Below, one piece after another: positions 38,445 through 53,120 of a stretch of 64,000 bases of DNA (its first letter is position 1; the number at the start of each line of letters is the position of its first letter). Source of the DNA: Octopus sinensis (taxonomy: Eukaryota). The notes beneath the pieces were generated by a model that made no database searches, was not told where the DNA came from, and worked only from the letters and a program-made list of their open reading frames with translations. Where the stretch lies: NCBI RefSeq assembly GCF_006345805.1, contig NC_043001.1, positions 110,236,001 to 110,300,000 on the forward strand, read 5' to 3'. Made by a program: the position numbers and the translations under genes.

Positions 38445-40100
38445 ACACACCCGGAAGTATGAAAAGAAAAGTCAATCTTGACGGAGATTGAACTGAGAAC
38501 GTGAAGAACAGGATGCCGCTAAGCATTTTGCACACACCCCCACCCTCGTGCTAACGATTCTTTCTACTATAGGCGCAAGGCCTGGATTTTGACCCCAGTA
38601 CTCAATGGGTACTTGATTTATCGACCCCGAAAGGATGAAAGGCAAAGCAGACCTTGGCGGAATTTGAATTCAGAACGTAGCGGCAGACGAAACACTGCTA
38701 AGTATTTCGCCCGGCGTGTTAGCTCTTTTCTACTCTAGGCACAAGGCCCGAAATGTTGGGGGAGGGTGTCAGTCTATTAGATCGACCCCAATACATAACT
38801 GGTACTAAGTCGATTACATCGACCCTAGTGCGTAACTGGTACTTAATTTATCGACCCCGAAAGGATGAAGGGGAAAATCGACCTCGGTGGATTTTGAACT
38901 TAGAACGTAGCGGCACACGCAATACCGCTAAGCTATTTCGTGTTAAAGATTGTGCCAGATAGTCGCTTAAACTGATACGATCACATTACTGGTACTAGTT
39001 TATCCCACGATTATTGAGGGTACTATCAATTCCACAGAACGTTCCCAAGAGTCTCATAATGCATTTATCTAACACAGCAGTCTACTGTGTTTAGTATCCA
39101 CAATTTTCCGTTAAAATCGAGTGAAACATCAATAATAACAAAAATAGCTATAATAATTTCTAATTTAGGTCAAGGCCAGCAATTTTGAAAGGAGGGTTTT
39201 AGTCGATTTGATATTAATACTTGATTCCTGCTTTATTTTACGAAGGGTAAAAATCGATGTTGATACCGGGGTCGGAGTGGGGTTGATCTCGGCGTGGACA
39301 GAGCCTCAACGAATGTCGATGTGACGTATTGCTCGACATTAACGATTTTTCCCAGTTCACCGGTGTTAATTAATGATATTTTCTAGTTTGAGGAACAAAG
39401 CCTGTTCGTTTTGTTTTTTCGGTGGTGGTGATAGTCTATTACATCAACCCCAGAACTCCTCTGGTACATATTTCATTAGGATTATAGGCAAAATTAATCT
39501 CAGCTGAATTGGAACTTGACATTAGCTAAGTATTATACTAATCCCTTCTACTATAGTCAGAAGGTCTGAAATTTTGGAAGGGAAGAATCCAGGTGACTAC
39601 AGCAATCCTAGTGTTCGAGAGTCAAAGCCGACCTCAGTGGAATCTGAACTCAGAACATAAAGTTGGAATAAAGGTCATGAGGCATTTTGTTCGGCGTGGT
39701 ACCGACTCTACCAACAATAATGACAATCTTTCCTCCTATAGAAGCAAAGCCTGAAATTTCTCTGGTGTGGATAAGTCGATTCCATCGACTCCACCACCAC
39801 CAGCAACATCACCGCTAGTACACAGCTAGTACTTATTTTATCGACTCCGAAAAGATGAAAGGCAAAGTCGATCATGGCAGAATTAATAATAATAATAATA
39901 ATAAACCTTTTTACTGGAAGCACAATGCCTCACATTTGGGGGAAGGGATTAAGTCGATTACATCGACCCCAGTGCGAAACAGGTACTTACCTAATCGAAC
40001 CGAAAGGACGAAAGATAAAGTCAGTGTCTGCGGCATTTAAACGCAGACTGCAAAGATGGACGAAAGTCCACTAAGCATTTTATTCGGCGTGCTAAATATT
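38445..40100 (-). mobile_element. Cluster of reverse-oriented SINE family C modules
   Basis: Repeated tacttaatttatcgaccccgaaaggatgaaaggcaaagtcgac-like blocks at ~38610, ~38840, ~39830 and ~39985. Confidence 0.85.
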
Positions 40101-40181
40101 CAGCCTTCATAATAATAATAATAATAATAATAATAATATAATAATAATAATAATAATAATAATGATATTAATATTAATAAA

Positions 40182-40715
40182 TGCCCCGATGCATTACCAG
40201 ACATTGGCTCTCATGCCTTCTCATCTTAACTGATTGGAAATGTTATCATGTACATTGCTTTGTCTTGGTTTAAAAGATGGACTACAGCAAATATTCTGCT
40301 CAATGCCACAGATTTGCTTGTCAGTTGTTTGACCTTAATCGGTTGAGCATGTCCCTTAGCGGCTGACGACATATGCATCTCTGACCACGAGCAGAAGTAT
40401 GTTGAGAGGGATTCTTTGGGGTTTGAATAATTCACCGCAGGAAACATGGGTGTTTCGTTCAACATCCTTAAACAACCCTTATTCAGGGATCTTTTGAGCG
40501 GGATGGGTTACTCGACTAGAAGAAAATTCTAACTGCGCCCCACCTCCAAGGTCATGCGCTATTTATCTTGATATGAGATCACCATGTGGCGCATATATGA
40601 TTGTGATAATTGTGCCTAGTGTACCCTTATCAGCCGGGTTGTCATGATGGGTATACTGGGCTTCGTATATTTTACCCCAGTGTCCATTCGATGGCATGCA
40701 CTGCTCTGTCACACA
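40182..40715. mobile_element. About 530-bp non-coding island bounded by (TAA)n and (CTA)n; probable non-autonomous interspersed element
   Basis: Sharp transition from microsatellite to GC-richer sequence at both ends; no ORF homology seen. Single copy in this window. Confidence 0.5.
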
Positions 40716-40771
40716 ATACTACTACTGCTACTACTACTACTACTACTACTAACTACTACTACTACTACTAC

Positions 40772-40816
<45 letters not shown>

Positions 40817-40817
40817 C

Positions 40818-40854
<37 letters not shown>

Positions 40855-41781
40855 GTTGCAAATTTGGGCACGGGTGGGGGAGGAAGTTGATTCCAACGAT
40901 CATACTACGTGACTTGTGCGTATATTACAGCCGTCAAAAAGATGAATGGCAGAGTCGATCTTGGCCGAATGTGAAAGGAAAGCGTAAACCCGGAAGAAGA
41001 AAAACATCATTTTACATTTTTCACATTGCAACTGAGACTTTTGCTCATTCAATGAACCGGGTAAATAAAGAGAAAGAATAAACCGGTGATTATGTTTTGT
41101 TTTATTTTTTGGTGTTCCTGCTTCATCGTCGACCCCCAAAAATGAAAGTGAAAGTTGAAACTTCCGGAATTTAGATAAATACCTTATTTTAGTGTGCGAT
41201 GGGGCTTGCACAAAATAAATAAATAAATAAATAAATGAATAAAGAAAGAAAGAAAGGAAGGAAGGAAGAAAGAAAGAAGGAAAAAGTCTAGAATGGGAAG
41301 AGATAAGAAATTTATAGTATAAAAGAAATGTTTTAGCTCTCTCTCTCTCCCTCTCTGCTCTTTCTCTCTACTCTCTTATATGTTTTTAATCAATTTACGA
41401 CGAAACAAAAGTGGTCCGATTTTGATAATTATTATATAAATCAAGTAATGTATGTATAAATGTGAGTATATATATATACATATATATACATATACATACA
41501 TACACACACATACCTATGTATATATATATATATATATATATGGTGGAAGTTGGAAGTTAAAGTGACTTCGAATTCTCACCCGCATCTGGTGTAAGACACG
41601 TTTTGTAAAAGCTTCGAAGTCACTGTCACAATCTCAACGATAAATACATGAACATATGTGTTTACTACCACATATTAAATTGTATTGCCTTAATACTGGT
41701 TGCTTTTACATATATAGCTAAAAACCATTTAATTATTGATATATGTATAAATGTTTGCATATATGTAAGTATGCATGCTTG

Positions 41782-41839
<58 letters not shown>

Positions 41840-43891
41840 ACGGACCTGTGTTATTGTGTGTGCTTGTGTATATGTTTGGCTGTGTATAGGTGTATATATA
41901 TGGATGATTGTGTGTATATATGTATATAATCTGGAGAGAGAATGAAGGAGAGAGCGCGGAAAATGGAGAACAGTCGCAGGTTGATTAAATCTATAGTCAC
42001 AATCTCAAATCTAGAAGCTTAACGTAACTAATAAAAATATATTATCTTTTGTGTATTGCTTTTTCTTTAATTACTTTTATTTTCAGCGAACAACGTGGAA
42101 CTGAACTTAACACTTTTGATACTTATTGCAGATGAAGGGGACCTCATTGAGGCTCACACGTTAGTTTGTTGACCTCTGAACTTTAAAGGAGCAGTGAGAC
42201 CTAAAGGTAGGGAGTGCGTATCGTACAAACAACACAGAACGGGGAACTACTGGGAAATATAAACAAACTGAAGCTTGCATGCATATACATGTCTGCACCG
42301 GAATTGATTAAATAACAACAAACTTCAGTCGTGCGCCCCGATATATTTATATATTATCGAGTTGTTGTCGTTGTTCTGTCTGCTCCACATCATCTCCGAT
42401 GGGTTAGGACTGTGATCAAAACTGGTCTGTCAATGACCATCTCGTCTTATTTCTAGCAACACATGTTGCTAGTATCGCACCAATAGTGGACGGAGCACAC
42501 TTGTTGAAAACATTAAAAGACTAATTAAATTATGTGTATGAGTCCGTATGTGTTAGTGCGTTTATTGTGAAAGGGAAAAGTTAGGTTACTGAGGTTTAAT
42601 GAATTAAACAAATATAATTAAGTGCTGCACCGAATAATTAAATCTTCATTGAAAAGGGAGAGCTTGAATATGAAAGTGAATAATAGAAAAGTTACAAAAA
42701 TAACACTTTGAAAACAAAAAAATAACCATGCCCCCAAATCCTAAAATCGTCGAAATTTACAAGAAGAATATGGAAAAATAAATTTTGTTATACAAAGAGC
42801 AAGTAAAAAATTGAGTAAAATATTTTAAAAGTTCTTTATTTTCTCGTAACATGCATAATTATCAAGGTAATTTATATATATTTTCATGTGCTATTTTATT
42901 CATATTTAAAAAATGAAAATAAATTCATACATAAGTTTTTAAAATGCCGATTTTTTAAATACGTAAATGTAAGAAAGTTCATTAAAAAAATTAGAATAAA
43001 ATAAATTGAAAAATGGACAGAAAAATTGGTAATAATTGATCATTATGAATCAAAGGCAAGAGAAAACTATATACATATATGTCATTAATTATAAGAAATA
43101 GCCTGATTAATTTTCGTCCTTTTACACGATATATATACATACACCTTACATACACAAGCACACACAAACATCATGAGTGTGTATATGTATATATATATAT
43201 ATGAAAGAGAAAGGGAGAGAGAGAGAGAAAGAAAGACAGAGAACACTAGAGTGATGTATGTATACATATCTATATAAATATAATGTTATTCACGTTAATG
43301 AGGCGAAATAATAGAAAACGAAATGACAAAATATACACTATGTATCTGAGATACCGGCCGTAATTGAAGCGTATATATATATATATATATATACAGATAT
43401 GAACCCCGAACAATAATTGGAAAAAGTGCAATATGCATGCAAACAAGTGGTTGATAAAAAATAAATAAATAAATATATATGTATATATATGTATATATTT
43501 ATATACATATATATATGGTACCAAGGACAAACGTCTTAAAAATTGTAAAACAAACTGTAACACTATTTTTCTCATAAATGTAGAAAACCCGGCGTACATA
43601 AAGAAATAGACACTTTCATAGACACATATACACAGAGACTCTTATACATACAAACACATGTATACATATATATGAAATAAATAATTGAAAGTACAAATTT
43701 GTGTATATAGATATTTCTATTGTTTTTGGTACTTACCTTTTTGTTTTATCTTGGATGTATTATTAAAGCCCTGCTTTTAGATTGAGTGGCTATAGTTTAA
43801 GTTTTCCTATACTCAGCATATATATGAAGCAATATTTTCATATAAATTCACATCTACAACTTTGCCAATATTGGTGGCACACATGCCTTAC

Positions 43892-43953
43892 TTTCCCTGC
43901 TGAGTAGGATGCATTGCGTGGGCGGGTAATACGGTGATCAGACATCATCTCAC
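43892..43953 (-). CDS. Candidate internal coding exon (62 nt): (G)EMMSDHRITRPRNASYSAGK; host gene unidentified
   Basis: Acceptor tgcctctacAG|, donor |GTAAGG, one open frame (phase 1 in, phase 0 out); GC-richer island in AT-rich repeat DNA. Confidence 0.45.
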
Positions 43954-44421
43954 CTGTAGAGGCATTTGAATTTTTAGCAGAACCTCCCCAAATTGAACAC
44001 AGTTGAGTCGATCGTTCAGGGAACAAGAAGGAAATGAATGATTTATAAGTAAACGAAGAAACTGAAGTCAGTAGAGAATGGAGATAAAAAAATAACGCAA
44101 AGTAAAAAAAAAGGAAAAAAAAAGAAAAATGATTATAAAACAAAGAAGGATGGAATAAATAAATAAAGTGAAAGACAAAGAAATAAAGAAGGGAAGAAAA
44201 GAAGATGGAAAGAATGAAAACACTGGTTGAAGCTGTTGAAGAGAACAAAGTACCAATGATAAAAGAGTGAGTGTTGGATGAGCTACGTCAATGTATCAAT
44301 AGAAGTCACAACCTGATGATAGCGTTATTTTATCTATCAACATTCGCACACACTCCCATAGACGCGAACTCAAAGACGCGTGCGTGCACACGCACCCATC
44401 TACGTATGCATGCTATGCATG

Positions 44422-44466
<45 letters not shown>

Positions 44467-44766
44467 GCGCATACACACACAAACAGGCATTTGTATGTAT
44501 GTATACAAATATACTTAAGCGATTTAGAAACGAAAGTTACGCGATAAATACGCGCACACATACGTGAAGACAAACGCGGGCGGCGCATTTACAAAAAAAA
44601 AGCACGTTGCGAAACAAATTAAAATAGCAGATAAGTTGCACCTTTTCAGCAACACCATTTACATATATATATATGTATGTACATGTCAGTGTGTGTATGT
44701 TTGTGTGTGTGTATGTATGTATGTGTGTGCGTAGATATATATGTATACACACACATGTACATATAC

Positions 44767-44813
<47 letters not shown>

Positions 44814-44995
44814 ATATATAATATGTATATATATACATAGCATATACCGACACACTCCATTCATAACAGAGAAATAAGCAGACATACAGAAAAAGACAGG
44901 AAAACTGTGAAGTAGGTGGAGGGGGCAGTAGACTCATATATACATTAATACATACATACATACATGTGTATATATATATATATATATATATCATA

Positions 44996-45050
<55 letters not shown>

Positions 45051-45063
45051 TACATATATATAT

Positions 45064-45110
<47 letters not shown>

Positions 45111-45138
45111 TATGTATATATATATTCGCACTTACAAA

Positions 45139-45178
<40 letters not shown>

Positions 45179-45474
45179 AAGTGCGAACATATATCGATAG
45201 ACAGATAAGTTATTGAGAGATTGTTTTATTGATAATTGACAGAAAGAAAGGAAAACGAACAAGGAAAGAGACAGAGTGATAGAGAGAGAGAAAGAGAGCG
45301 TGAGACAGAGGAACAGAGAGAGATGGTGAGAAAGAGAGTGGGGAGAGATAGTTTGCAGGTGAGAAAGGTAGATCAGTATTATGATCACCATTTGACTTTC
45401 AGCCTATAAACTGACAGGTAAATAAACACTCACACACACAAAACGCACATTCACATATACACACACGTATGTAC

Positions 45475-45516
<42 letters not shown>

Positions 45517-45969
45517 ATGTGTGTGTGTGTGTGTGTGTGTACACACGCACACGTGTGAGTATATACATGTGTTTGTGTGTATGTATAGGTGTGTGTGCTT
45601 TAATAATTGCGTAAACCGAAATAATTGTAAACTGTAAAAAATACATTGCAAAATGATTCTAAAATGTAATCAAGCGAGAGAAATGGAGAGAGAGAGAGAG
45701 AGAGAGATAGAGGAGGGGGGGGGCAAACACAGAGAAAGAAAGAAGGAAAGAATGAGAGAGAGAGACCAAAATGTGTGGGACGGTATGAGAGACAGAGACA
45801 TAGGGGGTGTTCAGGTTGAGTAGCAAGTTGGTTATGTAGCATTGGAAACGTAAAGGTACACTTAGGCTATTTTTGTTGTCTCATTTACGGGACGACTCAC
45901 TAACTTCTATTGTTATACAACCGGATATTTTTTTTCGTTCTGAATGTATATATATGTATACACACACAC

Positions 45970-46090
<121 letters not shown>

Positions 46091-46462
46091 GATACAGATA
46101 TATATATATATTTATATACATATATACATATATATATGTAAATATATACATATATATACATATGTATGTGCATATGTTGGTGTATAAACAAGATTGTGCA
46201 GCGTGTATGTATGCATGTATGCATGCATGCATTTGCATATGTATAGGTGTATACCATATGAAAGAGGGGGAGAGAGAGAGAGTGTGTCTGAGTATGTGTG
46301 TGGGAGAGGCGAGAAAGAGGAAGAAGAGAGCAACCAACACAAACTGGTACATTTGAATACAAAAACACTGCAAATACAAAGGCAATGCACACACAAACAC
46401 ACAGACACACACACACACATATATATATACATATATGCATACACACTCACACACACATAAAC

Positions 46463-46498
<36 letters not shown>

Positions 46499-46579
46499 GT
46501 ATATGAGTATATATATATATAATATATGAAACTATCCATCCGTCTATCTGTAGCTAGATATATGTATATTTTTATGGGT

Positions 46580-46653
<74 letters not shown>

Positions 46654-46735
46654 ATTATATATATAATATTATATATATATTTATATATATATATGTATAT
46701 ATATATATATGTGTGTATATATATATATTTATATA

Positions 46736-46792
<57 letters not shown>

Positions 46793-46858
46793 GATATATA
46801 TATATATATATATGTGTGTGTATATATATATTATATATATAATAATATATATATATAT

Positions 46859-46932
<74 letters not shown>

Positions 46933-47066
46933 GTATGTATGAATGTATGGATTTACCGAATATTAAAGTTTACACCTGTTCACCTGTACTGATAGATTTA
47001 AGAAGGAAATTGACGAAACTCAGTAGACGCATTTTATGCCCTCAGTACGACCCGTTTCTATGTCTC

Positions 47067-47106
<40 letters not shown>

Positions 47107-48115
47107 GCGCGCGCAAGCATAGACACAGACACACACGCACGCATAAACACAGACACACACACACACAAGCACGCACGTATGTGCATACAGTTACTGTATA
47201 TATAATAAAAGCTAACCGAAACAACAATATTTGTGCGTTCATCATATAGTCATGCATGTGTACCCATTGAAACACACACGTAGACACAGCGTGTACTATT
47301 TACTGTGTAACTTCGGCAGCAGCGTCTGCTAGCGAGCTGAAGGAAGGGCAGATAACTCTGGTGGAATATATGTTTGTTTGTTTGTTTTTTTTTTGCAGTA
47401 AAAGTGTCAGTCATAATAACGGAGCGTTAATGCCGCAATGGAGAATAAAATCCGATAATCTGCTAAGTTACGGCCTAGACAAGCATTCACGCACGTAACA
47501 AGTAGTGACAGACTAACAGATGTTGCTTTTTGTATATTTGCGTGCGCTCATATACGCAGGTACTGCTAAAAAAAACCTGCGCACTTGTATACGCGCATAA
47601 TCGGACACCGATGCATTCACCTGCCTAATACGTTCGTACAAGTGTACCTATGTCTACACGCGTATAAATGTGTTTTCATTCGTGTGTGTGTGTGTGCGCT
47701 AGTCAGACAGAGCGAGAGAGACACACACAGACACAAAGAGGGAGAGAGAGAGAATGTAAATATGCATACGGGTACACTCGTGCTTAGAAACTAAAGATGC
47801 GGCAATATTCAGGTGTCGTTTTATGCGCACACATTCTGAACTGTGTGGTTTACATATGTACGTTGAGATTTATTATTGCCATTGTTTTTCTCTCTTTTTC
47901 ATTGATGTGTAGACAGTGTATCCGAAGCTACAGCATCATATGCTGCAGGACTGTAGTGTTTGACTGAGTGGAAATTTAGCATTTGTTTCCGTCAAGCTGC
48001 CTGAAAAGTTCAATATTTCCTTGCTAGAGATCAGAGCCAGCAAACGTTTATCAACTGCGTTTACCAGTGACACTAAAGTTCCGTGAGTGATCGCTACGAT
48101 TCTACAAGGAATTAA

Positions 48116-48186
<71 letters not shown>

Positions 48187-48433
48187 ATATATATTGTATA
48201 TGTATTATGTATGTATATATGTATGTATGAGCAGTAATAATTCTCTGAGCGAAACGTATCCCGGGTCTCCGGTATCACGTAAGGCTAGAGATGGGAACGA
48301 TGATTTCCCTTCGCAAATACTGATCGGACACAGACACGGTCGTTAGCCAGCTCGAGGAGAGATCTTCCTGGGGCTATAAACAAGAATAGCATCGTCCCCT
48401 ATGGGTCCGCCACATTTACGTGGCAAATATACT

Positions 48434-48474
<41 letters not shown>

Positions 48475-48475
48475 C

Positions 48476-48510
<35 letters not shown>

Positions 48511-48662
48511 CATTTCTGTGTGCGCATGTGTGTGTCCGTGTGGGTGTGTGGTTGTATGCTTGTGTGTGTACAACAGGTAACCATGTAGGTGCAATGCAAC
48601 GAGTAATAAATTGTACTAGAATTCCAAAGGTAGAGTAGCATTGTATTATTACTATATATATC

Positions 48663-48745
48663 TTTTACTCTTTTACTTGTTTCAGTCATTTGACTTCGGC
48701 CATGCTGGAGCACCGCCTTTAGTCGATCAAATCAATCCCAGGACT
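48663..48745 (-). mobile_element. SINE family A, 3' fragment
   Basis: ttttactcttttacttgtttcagtcatttgacttcggccatgctggagcaccgcctttagtcga. Confidence 0.85.
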
Positions 48746-49119
48746 GTGCTTTTTAACATTATACGCCTATATTGGAGGATTTCTTGAGACGAAATCCGCA
48801 GTATTAGGCGTTGTAACAAAATATCACGTTCAGTAGCTTATAAAGTTTGCCATACGGTAGGAATACTGCTTCCATCGCAAAGAACTGAATGTATATTATA
48901 TTAGGTATATATGATGCAGTGCAGAATTTTGTCAGTGAACAGGTTGCGGTCTCAAAGAAACAGAAAAATTTTGGCAAATTAAATTTATATGTTGAAGTAA
49001 ATCTAACGGATTTTGTATGTTTTTAAATGGCTTATAAACGCCTTCCACGCTGCAATTGATTTTGTTTCAACACACGATCTCAGATCAGGTCACATGCTAT
49101 GCAAGTACATCTCCGTAAG

Positions 49120-49161
<42 letters not shown>

Positions 49162-49324
49162 TAAATACAAAATGGGACAAGAACTAAAAACATTCAAAGA
49201 GTTAGGTGATACCAAAAAGGGACAACAAAACATCCAGACAGACGATACAAAGAAAACAAGGACAGGTCATTCGGACCTTTCTTTCCTCAGTCGAGTTCCA
49301 GATTATCTTGTGTGTGTTTACACG

Positions 49325-49415
<91 letters not shown>

Positions 49416-49755
49416 TATATATATATATATACTCCTCTGAGTGTGTGTGTGTGTGTATGTGTCTGTGTCTATATAAGTGTGTGTAAGAATCATATTGTAG
49501 CGGCAAATTGAACATTATTTCATTGACCTATATACATAATATGAGGTCATCTCTTATATGTTTCAATTTTTATATGAATTTGCAATGAGTTGTTTGTATT
49601 TCTTGCTCTATGCATTATTAACGATGTAGTGAGGATGCTATAAATCCAGCCATTTTGCCGATAGCACTTATAATATATTTTAATTATCCTTGGAAACAAA
49701 ACACGCGCACACACACAGACACACGCGTGTGCAAAATCTCACGATTCTGTACCTA

Positions 49756-50190
49756 TACTCTCTTTTACTCTTTTACTTGTTTCAGTCATTTGACTGCGGC
49801 CATGCTGGAGCACCGCCTTTTTAGTCGACTTATTCGACTTATTCTTTGGAACCCTAGTACTTATTCTTTGACTCTCTTTTGTCGAAGCGTTAAGTTACGG
49901 GGACGTAACACACACCAGCATCGGTTGTCAAGCGATGTTAGGGGAACAAACACAGACACACACACATATATACGCATACGTATACGTATATATGTGTGTG
50001 TACATATATATATATATACATATATACGATAAGCTTCTTTCAGTTTCCGCCTACCAAATCCACTCACATGGCTTCGGTCGACCCGAGGCTATAGTAGAAG
50101 ACACATGCCCAAGGTGCCACGCAGTGTGACTGAACCCGGAACCATGTGGTTGGTAAGCAAGCTACTTACCACACAGCCACTCCTGCGCCT
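49756..50190 (-). mobile_element. tRNA-derived SINE, family A
   Basis: Full-length copy. Confidence 0.93.
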
Positions 50191-51918
50191 ATGTATATAT
50201 GTATAGATTAATGCATACCTTTATACATGAGTATGTGTGTATGTTTGTTTGTATATAAGTATATATAAATATACATGGGAATACATCTATATACAGACAC
50301 ACACACACACACTCACATACATATACAGACACATACACATACACACATACACGCATATACATCAGGCAAAATCATTAGTTCGTCGAACAAAATTCTTAGC
50401 GGCATTTAGTCCGTCTCAATGTTCTGTTTTTCAAATTCTGCCCAGGTCGACTTCGCCTTTCATTCCTTCGGAGTTGATAAAGTGATAAAATAATACCAGT
50501 TAAACACACGTGGCGATATATTCAACTGTACCCGGTTCACGAAATCAATGGCCTTGTGCCAAAATTTGTAACCAATAAAATTCAGGAGAGCATCTCAAAA
50601 CCTACGATCCAAGGACTGCTGGTTAGAAATTTGTTGAAATAATCACAACTTTCTTTGAGAATCAGTGACATTTCCCATTAAGAATTTCTTCCTTTTTACA
50701 ACTAAAAGCAAAATCTTAATTAATCAAAATTGCTTGTGAAAGGCCTTGTGAATTTATTTAATTTGGGTTTATTTTAAAGCATCTACAAAGGCAAATATAG
50801 TTTCTATCCCAACGTCTCTTCCTTTTTCATTCTCACCCAAGCTTTGTCTTTATTTAGTTCAGTCTAACTTTCTTATCTTTCTCTCTCACTTTTTCTCGCC
50901 TTTGTCTTTCATTTTGTTTTTTATATATTGTCTCCCTAACTCTCTCTCCTTTTTGTTTGCCTCTCTTCATCACACTTTTCTTACTTTTCTCCTACCATTA
51001 ATATAATTAACTCTGACGGCTCTTCACAACTTGTTAGCATGTGCTCACTTCCGCCTCTGTCTTATTTTCCTGTCGCATACGCAACCTATTTCACAGTTTT
51101 AATCTCTGTATTTATCTCCTGTAAACTTCCCCACGAAATATTACAGAAATTTTTTCAGCCAGTATACTACCAATATAGGAAAAAGGTAAAAATCACCAAA
51201 AAACCAAAAAACACAAAAAAAGAACCACCCATTCTCTCTAATGTGTTCCCTCCCGAATTCACTAATTATTATCATTACAGCCTTCCATAATAATGCCAAG
51301 TCAATGGTTCTCAACACCCACACTAATTTTCTGATCCGAGTAGAATGAAAGGGTTATGGACGTTGCAGCCAACTTTTTTTTAAACGATTGTCCTTTCTAT
51401 TCTATTCTTTTTTTAATTTATATCTTTGCTGTAAAAAAAAAAAACCACCTGCCAAGGAAACGCAATGATGCAAAACAAAAAAAAAATGACATTAGCAGTA
51501 AGAGCTACAACACTGAGTAGTAATAAGTAGTAGTAGTAGTAGTAGTAGTAGTTTTCGTGGTGGTAGCAGTAAAAGCATTTAGATGTATTTAGTTTGTCAG
51601 TTCCATTAGAAACACTGCCCATTAAATCTGGAAACTCATTTGTGATTGAAGAGCAACAGCATCAGGGATGCCAGCATCACAGTAACATCGGGGCTAATGA
51701 TTTGTCACACAGGATCAAAAGTAGAATTTTAAAAGAAACACATTGAGGATCGAATCGCGCTCATTATGTGCTTGGTGATTTTTTTTTTTCCTATCGGCCT
51801 ATTGATGTGGAAAAAATCGTTTTCACAGGGCGGTGCAAAAAATCACTGACAATCATTAAACGTAACATTCTAGATGAAATGGTAAATATTTATTTCTTCC
51901 ATTTAAATGTATTTAAAT

Positions 51919-52183
51919 CAGTTATTCACGATCGGGGTTCATGTGACCCTTAGGGATTTATATGATCCTTGGCGGTCCGTATAAGATTTTGTTGTTAAAA
52001 TGTATGTGAAATAATTGTTTATACATCTATAATAGGCAAAATATTTCAGCAATTTTCTGATATAATATCTAATAATATTTAATTAACAAAATATAATAGT
52101 TTTTAAACAACTAGTGGCTATGGAGGTCCAGTACAGTAAAATAGGGATCAAAGGTGCTCAGAAGGAGAAAATGAGAACCACCG
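51919..52183. mobile_element. Degenerate hAT-like MITE
   Basis: Ends resemble cagtggttctca / tgagaaccactg (cagttattcac... / tgagaaccaccg); TSD not convincing. Confidence 0.4.
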
Positions 52184-53120
52184 GATTAGACCTAGAAATT
52201 GTCTTGCAAATTTCGAGAAAAATTTAGGGTGTCGGAGGCAGATATATTCCACGGTGTTGTGGAACATTGCACCGAGATGTTTGGACTATGAAATTGGCGT
52301 TTTTTCAAGAATGGTATGTCGCGCAGTTAGATAAAAATAATTTCCACACTTCAAAACGTATTTAATGAAAAATTACACTTTTTTATTAATAGTTATTTAA
52401 ATTCTAAAATTGAAATCTCTTTCTGAGCAAGATTAGAAATCCCTATTTAGAATTCCATTACTTCGGCTAATTTAGACTTTTCTATTGAAGTGCATTTCTA
52501 TGTTACACTTAGTTGTAACCCATAAAAAAGACTTTATTTGGTCCCCAAACGGAATAGAAAAATCCCACCTTCACGTACTCAAAAAAAAAAAAATACATAC
52601 TGGATAATGTTTCGCTAGATAATATTAAACTTTATAAGAAAATGAGAAGGCAAAATTAATTATTGTCATGGTTACGTAAAAGCATTGTAAAAATTTGTTA
52701 TTTAAGTATTTCTTAACATATGTTTATATCGTAATATTTAATAATAATATTACATCTGCAATCGATAATTGCCATTATCTCAGCAAAACACCACATACAT
52801 CGATTTGCGGATCTTGTATATGTCAGGGAGCATCATAAGATGGACCAACCTATTGATTAACTCCGAAATTTTTTGAGATAATGAATTACGGCATGACTTT
52901 CTTCAGATCTCAAACTTTGAACGTGATTACGTAATCGGGGCTTAGTATACGTCTCGGTTGCTGTTGCCTAAGATGATTTGCTCGGCATAACTACACACAT
53001 ATACGCTATGTTATTATTCAAGCACTTATTCTTCAGTGGACAGATAGCAGGATACCTAAAGTTATTGGTTTTCCTCACAGGCTTAGTAGAGTTGCGAAAA
53101 TGTAATCAAGTTGTATGATT

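Noticed and set aside
41562-41625. 12-bp inverted repeat agtgacttcgaa/ttcgaagtcact as a pre-miRNA
   Set aside because: The stem is too short and the roughly 40-nt spacer is unpaired; no match to conserved miRNAs that I recall.
47900-48085. Plus-strand segment between a pyrimidine-rich acceptor and |gtgagt donor
   Set aside because: All frames are closed; at most a non-coding exon, which cannot be supported without RNA data.
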